A DNA stretch of 64,000 nucleotides, taken from contig JABVCE010000002.1 in the NCBI GenBank assembly GCA_014905635.1, positions 2,108,001-2,172,000 on the forward strand, in the 5' to 3' direction. The position numbers and the translations under genes are program-made. This document shows positions 46,478 through 57,729 of this stretch, one piece after another; within the stretch, counting starts at the first letter, position 1, and each line of letters starts with the position of its first letter. The notes beneath the pieces are model-generated. The model was not told the DNA's origin. It made no database searches and saw only the letters and a list, made by a program, of their open reading frames with translations. This DNA is from Scenedesmus sp. PABB004 (lineage: Eukaryota).

Positions 46478-46932
46478 GCGGACGTGCGTGCGCACGCACA
46501 CCTGCCAGCTGGCCCATGGCCATCGGCGCGCAGTCGGCGGCGCCCCGTTGACACACCACCCGTTTCAATTTGACGATTCGAACGCACACGCGCGGCCGGT
46601 ACCCAACTCACCTGCCCCTGCCCCTCGGCACTGTCATTCGTCGTGTCTAACGCTGCGCTTGATCTGCCACACTCATTGATCCCCGGTTGTTGGTTGGTTG
46701 GGGTGCCCGCGCAGCCTTGAGCGCTACGCAAGCGAACTGAGTTGACAGCAGTGCGTTGCCTGCACTGGGCGGGCCACACAGCGCGAGCGGCCGCGCGGAC
46801 GTTGCTCGCCGCGGCGGCGCGGGGCTGTATTACAGATGCTGCCGAGTCCGTAGCTAGCCAAGGCGGCGCGTGTGACGCAGCCAAGATCGCTCCCGCCGCG
46901 CTGCGCGCTCCCCGACCAAACCACACGCGCGG

Positions 46933-47141
46933 TCACATGATCGCGCAGCGCTGCCCGCCGCCCGGCGCCGCGGGCTCGTCGGGCGCCGCCGCGGGCACGG
47001 CGGCGTGGTGGAACTGGCTCACATCCAGGCCGTACTGCTGTTGCATGCGCGCCGCCCAGGCCTCGTCCTCCGGGCTGCCGCCCGCGGGGCTGGGGCTGCC
47101 GCGCGCGGGGGCCGCCTGCTGGCGCCTGCGCCCCGGCGGCC

Positions 47142-47201
<60 letters not shown>

Positions 47202-48102
47202 GCGCTGAGCGGCGGCAGCAGTGCTGAGCGACGCGGGCGCCCGGCGTGGGGCGGGCGCCGCGGCGCGCGGCCGCGCCCGCCGCGCACCTGGCCTGCTCCG
47301 CCAGCAGCGGCCGGCGACGCCACGCCGCGTCGTCGTCGGCGTCCTCAGCCGCCTCCTCGGCGCGCACGTACGCGCCCTGCAGCGCGCAGCTCAGCACCAG
47401 CGTCAGCAGCTGCAGCAAGAACAGCGCGACGCCGACCCACTTGCAGACCTGGGGCCGAGGCGGCGGCGGCGGCGGGGCGGCGGCGGCGCGTGCGCTGCCG
47501 TCAGGCCCCGCGCCGCCGCTGGCTGCGTGCCCCGCCTCGCAGCGCGCTGCGCGCCACCGCACGCCGCGCGCCTGCAGGCGTGCCGCGAGGAAGCGCACGA
47601 GCTCTTCGTCGCTCGCGCCGGGCAGGCGCTCGCGCCAGCCGGCATCGATGAACATCGCCACCGCGGCGCAGGCCTGGGCCGTGAGGAGCAGGCAGGTCGC
47701 AAAGACGTGCCCGCTCGCGCAGCCGAGGCTGCGCAGGCGCGTGCCGAGCAGCGCGAGCCCCGCGACGCCCGCGCTCGCGGCGCCGAGCGCGCCGACGGCG
47801 AGGATGAACCACGGCACGTTGGACAGGCGCGCCGCGGCGTCGGCCGCGCCGCCGAGCGCCGCAGCGGGCGCGCGCGCCGCGCCGCGCAGCAGGAGGCCCG
47901 GCAGCGCCGCCGGCGGCAGCGGCGGCGCGGGCTCCGGCGGCGCGCCCGCGTGCTGGATCTGCGCCACGGTGACCGCCGCCCACGCCGCCACGACTGCGCC
48001 CACAACGAGCAGCAGCACGTTCAGCGCCTGCACCGCGCCCTCCAGGAAGCGCACCCAGGCGCTGGGCGGGTGCTCGCTGAACCAGTCGGCCACGCGGCCC
48101 AT
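46933..48102 (-). CDS. TOM2A-like tetraspanin with C-terminal CaaX (multi-exon)
   Basis: Four TM segments (LNVLLLVVG, PWFILAVG, CLLLTAQA, WVGVALFLLQLL); WAARMQQQYGLD; ends RCAIM*; TGTAA on minus strand at about 46830. Confidence 0.85.
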
Positions 48103-48709
48103 CGTGGCGGCCGGCAGCGGCAGCAGCAGCGGCGCTGCGGCGGGTGGTGGCGCGCCGCCGACTCCGGAGCGGCCCGCTGCGCGTGCCGGGTCACGGATCG
48201 CGCTCGGGGAGTCACGGGAGCCGCTGGGGCCGCGGGCCAGCGCCGTGTGCGGTGCCGGGAGGGCGGGAGGGCGATGTGTCGAAGTGTGTGTTGCCGTGGA
48301 ATCGGGGCGATGCCTGCGTGCGGATCGGGACGACCTGCTGCGACCGCGGCGTGCGTGGGACACCGAGCTGGTGCGATGGCGGTCAGGGCGTGCGGCGCAG
48401 GGCTCAGCCCCGCTCGCCGCCACACGCCGCAGCAGGAGGAGCCCTGGGCATCGCAGCGCCGGCGCCAGCGCACTTCCCGACGGTGCCGGGCCTCCCGCTG
48501 CGCGCGAAGCAGCAGCCACCGACCTGCCGCCGCCGGCCAGCGTTGACCGGCGCGCCGCTGCCCTCTCGCGCCGCGCCGCAGCCCGCCGTCGTGCTCCTCT
48601 CCTGCCCACCGCTCGTCGCCGCCGAGCCATCGCCACCGCTGCGCCGCCACCGCGCCGCGCAGCAGCCGCGCAGCAGCAGCGGCGCGCCAGCGGTCTCGCG
48701 CGCGCCACC

Positions 48710-49027
48710 ATGGCCGGCGACGTCGCGGCGGTCGAGGAGACCTTCAAGCGCATCCAGTCGCACAAGGGCGTCGTGGGGGCGCTCATCATCAACGCCGACG
48801 GCATCGCGATCCGCTCCACGTTTGACGCGGACGCGACGGTCGCGTACGCGGCGCTGGTCTCGGGCTTCACCGGCAAGGCGCGCGCCGCGGTGCAGGGGCT
48901 GGACCCCGACGACGAGCTGCGCTTCGTGCGGCTGCGCTCGCGCAAGCACGAGATCATGGTCGCGCCCGAGTTTGAGCGCGCGCACGAGTACGCGCTCGTC
49001 GTGGTGCAGGACCCCGGCGTCGAGTGA
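48710..49027 (+). CDS. Dynein light chain, Roadblock/LC7 family (single exon)
   Basis: VEETFKRIQSHKGVVG...DPDDELRFVRLRSRKHEIMVAPE...LVVVQDP. Confidence 0.95.
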   Translation: MAGDVAAVEETFKRIQSHKGVVGALIINADGIAIRSTFDADATVAYAALVSGFTGKARAAVQGLDPDDELRFVRLRSRKHEIMVAPEFERAHEYALVVVQDPGVE

Positions 49028-49157
49028 CGCGCCTGGCTGGTCGGTTGCCCTCGCAACAGCACCACAACACACGCACAGCGCGGGCCCGCCCCTCGAGCGC
49101 CCGCGCGCAGCAGCCCCCGCGGGCGCGCCCGGCGACCGCGACCGGCCCGCCCGCCCC

Positions 49158-49368
49158 TCACTCGGCCGCGCCGCCGCCGTCGCCGCGGACCTGCACGGGC
49201 GGGCGCTGCATGCAGAGCTTGACCAGCGCTGCGCCGCCGCCAGCGTCGCTCTCTGCAGCCTCGCAGCCGCCGGGGCCAGACGGCCGCCGCTCCAGGCTGC
49301 CCCTGCTCGCCAGCTCCAACGCAGCTGACGCCTGCAGCTGCCCTGGGCGGGGCACCTCGGGCGTGTCG

Positions 49369-49402
<34 letters not shown>

Positions 49403-52400
49403 GCTCCAGCCAGGCCGCCCTGACCGCCGCGGCGTCTGGCGGCAGGCGCGGCAGCCACAGCGCGGCGCCGTCCAGGGGCGCCGCGGGCGCGTGCGGCGGC
49501 GCGATGCGGCGGCCCTGCGCGGCGCGGGTGCGGGCTCGGCCAGCGCCGGGTGGGCGGCGCCCAGCGCCGCGCAGCCTTCGCGTGCAGCGGCGCACCTTGC
49601 CGCCGCCGCCCGGCGGTGCATCGGGGAAGGAGCGCGCTGCCAGCCGGCTGCTGCTGAGCGTCGCCAGCTGCACTGGGTCGGGACTGCCTTTCAAAACCCA
49701 AACCCCGTGGTCGTGCGCCGCGACCGCGGCCCGCTCGTGGCCGAGCCGCGCCGCGTGGCGCAGCAGGCTCGTCTGCAGCGCGCAGCGGCGCACCGCGACC
49801 GTCGGCAGCTCCAGCGTCAGCGCGCCGCCGTCCGGCGCGGCGGGCACAGGCGGGGCGTCGGCGGCTGCGGCGCAGCCGGCGCCAACGGCGCCGCCAGCGC
49901 AGCGGCCGGCGCTGCAGGGCGCCTCGTCCCTGCGCGCCGGCCCCGCCGCGGCGTCGCTGCCGCCGCCGCACTCGGCGGCCTCCGCCGGCGGCGGCGCCGT
50001 CATTGAGGTGAGTGAGTTGACTGGCGTCACGGTCAGCGACACGCCCGGGCTGCCTCCGCTGCTGGCGCCGCGGTCGCGGCGCCGCCAGGCTGGCAGGCCG
50101 CTCTTCGAGCGCAGCGACCGGACCAGCCCCTGCGTGAGGGAGCTGGGCAGCAGCCGCGCGCTGCTGCCAGGCTCGTGCGCCGTGGCTGCGCCGCCGCCTG
50201 GCGGCCCCCCGGCGGTGCAGCCCGCCACGCGATGCTGCGCCACGAGGCTGCTGATCCGCTCGCGCATGCCCGGCTCCGCCAGCGTATCCTGCCGGCGGTG
50301 GGCGGGGGCGCAGCCCCCGCTGTCAGCACGCCGTCAGCGCGCCCAGCGCAAGGCGCGGGGCGCTGTGCGCGGAGCGCACTGCAGCAGGGCGCGCCGCCGC
50401 CGCGCCTGGGCCATCGCAGCGTCAAAGGCACACGCCGGCGCCGCCGCCACCTGCAGCAGGTTGCGCGCCTCCACAGTCACGCGGCCGCCGCCGCTGAGGC
50501 CGGCGCCCACGCCGCCGGCGGCGCTGCCGCCGCCACCGCTGCTGGGCTCGGCGGCGCCAGCCGCGCCGCCGTGCGGCGGCAGCGACTGCGCGGCGCCGCC
50601 GCCCGGCTGCGCGGCGAGGGGCTGCGGCTGCGGCGCCTCGCTGGCAAAGCAGCAGGGGGTCGGGAGCAGGCCCTCAGCGTCGATCGCAGCGGCCGTGGCG
50701 GCAAAGCGGCTCGCCGCAAACACCTCCTGCAGCGGCGGCGCCTCCTCGCCACGCCAGATGCGGCAGGCGCGCGCCGCCAGCGCCAGCTCGCACACCACCT
50801 GGCCGCCGTGGGCGGCGACGTCGGCAAAGCGCGCCGCCGAGTTGGCAACGGAACCATGGTAGTCTGCTCGCCCCAGGGCGTCGGGCACGACCGAGCGCGG
50901 GCAGCCCTCGCACACGCCGATCTTGAGCCTGCGGCGGCGGCGGCGGCGGGGCGGCACGATGGCGCCCGGCCCCCGGGGGCTGGCAAAGCAGATGCGCATG
51001 ACGCCGCGACGCCTGCGCCGCACCTGGGGCCCCGGAAGGCGGGCGCGCCGCCACCGCCGCCCGCCGACTCGCAGAGCTCGGGATGGCGCAGCAGGTGCGC
51101 CGGCCAGTTCTGCCAGAGCAGCAGCTCGTGTGCGTAGAGCGCCCACGCCAGCGCGTCCTGCTCGGCACGCAGGCGGGGCGCGCCGCGTGTGCCGGCCGCC
51201 GGCCGGCGCAGGCCCGGGCCTGGGCCGCCAGGCGCAGCGCGAGCGCCGCCGGCGCGGGCTGACGCGGGCGCCCCGCGCCACACACGCACCAGGGGGTCGT
51301 GAAACGCGAGCATGCAGCGCAGCCCGCCCTCCTGCACCCGCGCCATGTAGCCGCCCTGCACGGCGCGCAGCGCAGTGCGCAGCGCGCGCGCCGTGGCCGC
51401 GCCCAGCGCCGCCGCCGCGCCGGCGTCGCGTGCCAGCAGCGCCGCGCCGCCCTCGACGCGCGCGAAGACGACCGTGACGGGCGGCAGCGGCGCGCGCGCG
51501 GGGCGCGGGTGGCGCAGCGGCGCGGCGGCGGCCGAGAGGTCGGCGAACAGCGCGCCTGCGTGGCGCGGCGCCGGCGGCGCCGGCGGCGCCGGCGGCGGGG
51601 CGGCGCGCACGTCGGTGCACGTGCCGCCGGGCTGGGCGACAGCCTGTGCCGCAGCGCGGGGCGGGCGCGCTGGCCAGCCCATGGGCTGGTCAGGGCCGCA
51701 CCTGGTGCGTCAAAGTATGGCAGGTCCAGAACCGCCACCTCGCCCGCGTCCCCGCCGCCGCCGGCTGCTGCGGTGTGCAGGGCGAGCTGGTTGCCGAAGG
51801 CGTGGCCGCGCGCAGCGTGGGCCGGGTGGAGCGCCTGATAGATCCGCAGCGCGCCGCCCGGCGGGTCCGCCTCGCCGCCGCCGCCGCCGGTCGACCCCGC
51901 GCCCTCGGCCGCGCTGGCGAGCTTGCCGCCCGGCGCGCCGTGCAGGCACAGCAGCGCGGCGCGCCAGCGCCGCAGCCGCAGCGCCAGCCGGGAAGGGCTG
52001 CCAGCAGTCTCGCCGCCGCCGCCGTCGCTGCCGCCGGCAGTGCTGCTCGCGCCGCCTGCGCTGGCCGGCGGCCCGGTGCTGCCCTGCTGCTCCTGCTGCT
52101 CCTGCTGCTCCTGCGGCTGCCGCCCCAGAGCATACGCGCCCATGTCCAGCAGGAGGGCCTCGGGCGCGGAGCGCACCGCGTGCGAGCTGCGCCAGCGGCG
52201 GCGGCGGTGGCGGCGGCGGCGGCAGCGGACGCGGCGCGTCGGGCGCGCTGGCCCCTGGAGCGTGCGCGCGCGGCGGCGGGCAGTGCGGCGCGCCGCGCCT
52301 GCGCCACGGCGCGAGCAGGGTGCGCCACGCCACCGCCTCCAGCGCGCCGAGGTTGACGCCGCCTGCATCGACCGCGCCCAGCTCGAGTGCCGCGTCCTTT

Positions 52401-54651
52401 ACCCCCCGCAGGGTGGCCTCGTCCAGCAGCACCTGGCCGCCCGCCGCCAGGCCGCTGACGACTGCGGCGCGCGGGGCGCACGGCGGGGCAGGCTGGGCTG
52501 GGCACTCGGCGCCGCCCGGCGTGGCGCGCAGCCTCGGGGCGCAGGCCGCTCACGCTGCGCGCGCGCCGCCACCCAGGAGCTGTCGAGCGCGCCGCCAGGC
52601 AGCCGCCCGGTGGCGAGGCCGATGCGCACGCGCAGGCCGCTGAAGGGCGCGCCGTCCCCGGCCCCCTGCCGCCGCCGCCGCCGCCGAGTGCGGCCCACAA
52701 GCCGAGCGGGCGGTGCCGCCTGCTGCCAGGGCCGCTGGCGCTGCCGACGCTGGACCAGCCGCGGCGCAGGTGCGCCAGCATGCCGCCACTGCTGCCACTG
52801 GGCTGCGCCTGCAGTGCCACGGGCCGCTCCGCGCCGGCGGCATCGAGCCCGGGCCCGCCTGCCGGGCCGGCTGGCGGCTGGTGCCGCTGGCCGCCGTGCG
52901 CCGAGTGCTCGCCCATGCTGTCGCAGCTGCCGGAGACGCTGGCCGCACTGCCGCCGGGCGCCAGCGGGCCACAGTCGGCGCCCTGCAGCGCGACCTGGAC
53001 CTGCGCGCGGCAGCGGCGGTAGCCGCAGCGCTCCGCCCGCCGCTCTCGCCCGCGGCGGCGGCGCAGCCGCGGCCTCCTGAGGACGCTGCCCAGTGGCGCG
53101 GCAGCCCGCCTCGCAGCCAGCGGCGCACCTGGAGCGCAAACACAGCGGCGTCGAGGGGCCGCTGGAACGCGACCGTGAAGGAGTCCCCCTCCTGCGCCGC
53201 CACGGCGCCAGCGTTGGCCCACGCCGCCTTGCGCACCGCGGCGTTGTGGACCGCCAGCGCGCCCGCCATGTGCTCCGGCGCGGACGCCATCAGCGCTGCG
53301 GCGGCGCCGCGCGGCGGCGGCCGGTCGGCGCGCTGCGCACGGACGCCTGCCGGCCGGCGCGGCCGGCGCAGCGCGCTGCCAGGCCGCGTGCGCCCCCAGG
53401 GAGCCGGTGCGCTCACCAGAGTAGCCCTCAATGTCTGTCACCGCCAGCGTGGCCGCCTCGCTGGGCCGCGGCGGGCCGCGCGCGCGGCGCTTGGCGAGGT
53501 CGCGCCGCCGCAGCGCGGCCGGCCTGAAGCGGAGCTGGTGCCACGCCGCGTTGCTCAGCAGCAGCACGAGCAGCACGAGCGTCAGGCCGGCCAGGGGCAG
53601 CAGCGCGCCCAGCACCGCGGCCGCCCAGCGTGGCAGCGGCGGCCGCGGCACGCACACGCGGCGCCCGCGGCCGAACGCCGCGTCGTGCAGCGGCGCCATC
53701 GCGTAGCCCTGCGCCGCGCGCGGCGTCACCCGTCGAGCGGCGGGGCCGGGCGGCGCCGCCCCAGCATGACACGCCCCGCCGCCGCCCGCACCTGGGCGCA
53801 CACGCAGCCTTGGTAGTCGAAGTAGAGAGGGTCAACCTGCCAGTCGACGCTGGTGAGCGCGTACGCGGGCTGGCTGAAGGGGCACAGCCACGCGTAGCTG
53901 CCGGGCGGCCAGGGATAAACGAGCCCCTCGCCGCGGCGCACGATGATGGGGCAGCTCAGCGCGCCCGAGAGCGCCGCGAGCCGGTGCTCGCCGGGCGCGA
54001 GCAGCGCCGCGGCGGCCGCCTCAAACGGCGGCGGCGCGCGCTGCCCGCTGAGGGCCATCCAGCAGGGCATGCCGTCGTTGAGCGACCTGCGGCGCGGCCG
54101 GCCGTACGCGTGCGCGCGCGCAGCACGCGTGCAGCACGCGGCGGCGCCGCCGCCGGCGGGCCCGGCGCACGGCGTCCGAGCGGGCGCGTGGCAGGAGCAT
54201 GCGCGCGCGCACGCACGAGTTGGCGTTGCCGCGGCCGAGCTGGCGGTTGCCGCTCGCATACCAGGTCCCCTGCTCATCGCCGTCGTCGGCGCCCGCAGCG
54301 CCGTCCCCGCCGCCGGCGCTGCCGTTGGCGGGCGCCTGCAGCAGGCGCCGCGTGGCCGCCTCGCGCGCGCGCAAGTCGCGCAGGCGCGCCATCAGCAGGC
54401 GGCGGCGCGCGGCGCGCGGCGCCAGCGCGGCGTGGCGGTGCGCCGCGAAGCCCTGGAGCGCGAACGGCCGTCCCGCGTACGCAGCGGCGTGCAGCGCGAC
54501 CTTGGCGGGGTGCGCCTCACCGCGCGCCAGGCCCACGAGCGGCTGCCGCGCCCGCTCGGGCAGCCGCCCGGGCGGTGCCGCGCGCTGCGGCGCCGTGCCG
54601 CCGCGAGCGCCGCCGCCCGCCGCCAGCAGCCTGCGCCCTCCGCGCCCGGGC

Positions 54652-54691
<40 letters not shown>

Positions 54692-56804
54692 TCCCGCCGC
54701 CGCCGCCGTCGCTGTCCGGCGGCTGCGCCGCGTCGGGCGGCAGCGCGCCAGAGCTCAAGTTGGTCCCCAGCAGGTGCAGGCTGGAGAGCTGGCCGAGCTG
54801 CCCCATCTCGTTAGGGATTGCTCCGCTGAGTCCAGCGTTGAAGCTGAGCTGAAGCTTGCTGAGGCTCACCGCCAGCCTGCCGCGCACGCGGCCGCGCACG
54901 CACAGTCCGCGCTGGGCGCGGCTCGGGTGCCGCCGCGCACGCGCGGCGCGGCCGCGCGCGCTCACCCTACGCTCCACGGCAGCGCGCCGGTCAGAGCGTT
55001 GTGTGCGAGGTTGACCGTGTCGAGGGAGGACAGGAAGAACAGCCCCAGCGGAATGGAGCCCTGCGCGCGCGGCGGCGCGCCAGCGCGGGCGCTGGCGTAA
55101 GCGGCCCGGCGCGCGCGTGCCCGACCCCCGCGCCAGTGCCAGCACCGTGAGGGCGTTGTAGCTGGCGTCGAGCAGGTGGAGATAGCTGAGCAGCGCCAGC
55201 GCGTCGGTGAGCTGCCCGCCGAGCCTGCGACGGCGGCGGCGGGCAGGTCTGCCTGCGCCAGCGTGCGTGCGTGCTTGGCGTGTGGCGAGAGGGAGCACCC
55301 TCCCTCGCCCCGCACCGGTTGCGAGACACGTCCAGCCAGGTCAGCAGCGGCGTCCCGGCGGCCAGCGCGGGCGGCAGAGGCCCGGCGAGGGCGTTGTCCG
55401 CGGCCAGAAAGATCTGCAGCGCCCGCCAGCTGGTGCTGGCTGGCAGCGGGCCGGTGAAGCCGTTCATCTGCCGATGGGGTTTAGGGCGGGGTTTGGGAGC
55501 GGCGGCTCTAAGCAGTCAGGGCCCGGCGGGCGCGGCGGCGCCCCCCCCCCCCCCCTGCAAGCTCCCGGGGGGCAGCGGGGCGCGCGGGCGCCCACCGAGA
55601 GGTCGAGATGCACGAGCGCGGCGCACGCCGTCACGCCCAGCGCGGTGCCGGTGAGCGTGTTGCGCCGGACGCTGAGCACGCGCAGCTTGCTGCCGGGCAG
55701 GCACACTGGGCTGGGCAGGCCGCCCTGCAGCTGGTTGACCTGCGCAGGTCAGCGCATGCGCAGCAGCCGGCTTTGGAGGCGAGCGCCGCCAACCAGCGCG
55801 CGCGCGTGCCGCGCAGCTGCCCCGCAGCGGCCGCCGCGGCGCTCCGCGCACCTCCAGGTTGAGCTCCTGCAGCTCAGGCAGGGCGCTGAGGCCGGGAGGG
55901 ATCGTGCCGACCAGGCCCAGCCCGTCCCGCAGGTCGTCGCCGACGCGCCCCGCCAGCGCGGCCGCCGCGACGGACGCCGGCGGCGCGGCGCCGCCGCCGC
56001 TCGCGCCGGGGCCGCCGGCCGCGGCCGCCGCGGCGGCGGCGTCCGCGGCGCTCGCGTTGCGCGGGTCGAGCGTGACAAAGGCTGCGCGGTGCCGCGCGGC
56101 GCGGCGGGGTTGCGGCCCAGGGCTCTGCGCGCGCGCGGCGAGGCAGCGGCGCAGCGCGGCGCGGGTCGTGCGGCCGCTCGCCCCGAGCGCGGCCGCGGTG
56201 TCGCACCCTGCGCCGCGAGGCTCAGCCGGCGCAGCCGCTTGAGCTGCGTGAGCTCCGGCGGCACGGTGCCGGTCAAGAAGTTGTTGTCCTGCGGCGACGT
56301 CGGCGAGGCGGCCGGCAGCGTCGGGGGGCGTGTGCTGCTGGTGCATGCGCCGGGCACCCGGACCGCTGCGTGCCGCCGCACCAGCAGCAGCGTCTCGAGC
56401 GACGCCATGCGCGCGAGCTCGGGCGGAATGGTTCCGGTGAGCCAGTTGCCTGCCGCGCGCGCGCACGAGGCTGGGCGGGCTGCGGCGCGCGGCACGCGCG
56501 GCGACGCACGCCGCGCCGCGCCGCGTCGCACCCGTGAGTCGCAGCTCCCGCAGGCGGGTCATGCCCCCCCACGCGGGCGTGAGGCTGCCGCTGAGGCGGC
56601 CCTGCACCAGGGCGAGCGCGCGCAGGCCGCACGCCTCGAGGTGCAACAGCGCCCCGAGCAGAGGCGGGTCGTTGAGGCTGCCGTTGATGCGGTTGACGCG
56701 CAGGCTGATGCCCGACACCGCGCCCGCGGGGGAGCAGGTCACGCCAGCAAACGCGGCGCAGAAGCGCGGCGGCCCCGCCGGCGCGGGCGCGCCGCCGCCG
56801 ACGC

Positions 56805-56878
<74 letters not shown>

Positions 56879-57312
56879 AGGTACGCGGCGCAGGAGCCGG
56901 CCGCCGCCGCGTCCTCCCAGCCGACGCGGCTGCGCAGCGTCCAGCCGGGCCCTGCGATGGACGCGGCGGTCGGTCGGGCGCACGGCGCGGCGGCGGCGGC
57001 GGGGCCAAGGCAGCGCGCACGAGCCGCTGGGCGCGGACGCCGAGCCGCTGCGGCGCGGCGCTGCGCTGCGCCGCCCGCCGTCGCACCCCCGTCTCCGAGC
57101 CGTGCGGCGCCCTGCGTGCGGTTGAAGATCCTCATGAGCGCGTCACAGGTCGCCAGCGCGCCGCAGTCGGAGCCGGCGGCGGGCGCCGATGCCGCTGCCG
57201 AAGCCGGCGCCGCTGCAGCCGCGGGCGCCGCGGCGGCGGCGCCGGTCGCGTTGGCGGGCTGGGCATCCGCGAAACGCAGTGCCAAGATCAGCACGAGCGC
57301 CCACGGCCGCAT
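49158..57312 (-). CDS. LRR receptor-like transmembrane class III nucleotidyl (adenylate/guanylate) cyclase with two cyclase domains (multi-exon; 3' end approximate)
   Basis: Signal MRPWALVLILALRFADA; plant-type LRRs (NWLTGTIPPEL, NNFLTGTVPPEL, NALAGPLP, NALTGALP); TM VLGALLPLAGLTLVLLVLLL; TLAVTDIEGYS, QEGDSFTVAF, LRVRIGLATG, GGQVLL; second domain RLKIGVCEG, ADYHGSVANSAAR, GGQVV. Confidence 0.85.
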
Positions 57313-57729
57313 GGCGCCGCTGCGGCAAGCGCTGCCGCGGGCGGCCGCGGCCGCGGCGGCGGGCACGCCGTGGCTGCGGCGCATGCGCTGCGCCGCGTCT
57401 GAGGCGTCTCTGGCGGCAGCGGAGGCGGGCAGGCGGGCCACCGAGGCTCTGTACGCTGCGAGGAAGGGTTTTGGCACCCCGCCCGCGCGGCGCGGTGCGC
57501 TTCGGTCACGCTCGCAATAAAAGCCCTTACAATGCGGCAACAGAGCTGATGGCTGGTGTGTAAGATAAAACAACAAAACAACAAAATCAGCAAAAAAATC
57601 AGCAGCGAATCGCGCGACTCCTCCGCGCGCCAGCGCCGGGGCGCCGGGGCCCGTCCCGCCTCTGCGGCGGGCGGGCGCGGCCGCGCGCCCCCTCTCCTGC
57701 CTCCCCGACTCGCCGCCGCGTCGCCGTCA

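Noticed and set aside
55476..55498. Telomere-like GGGTTTAGGG
   Set aside because: One or two units inside an intron; not an array
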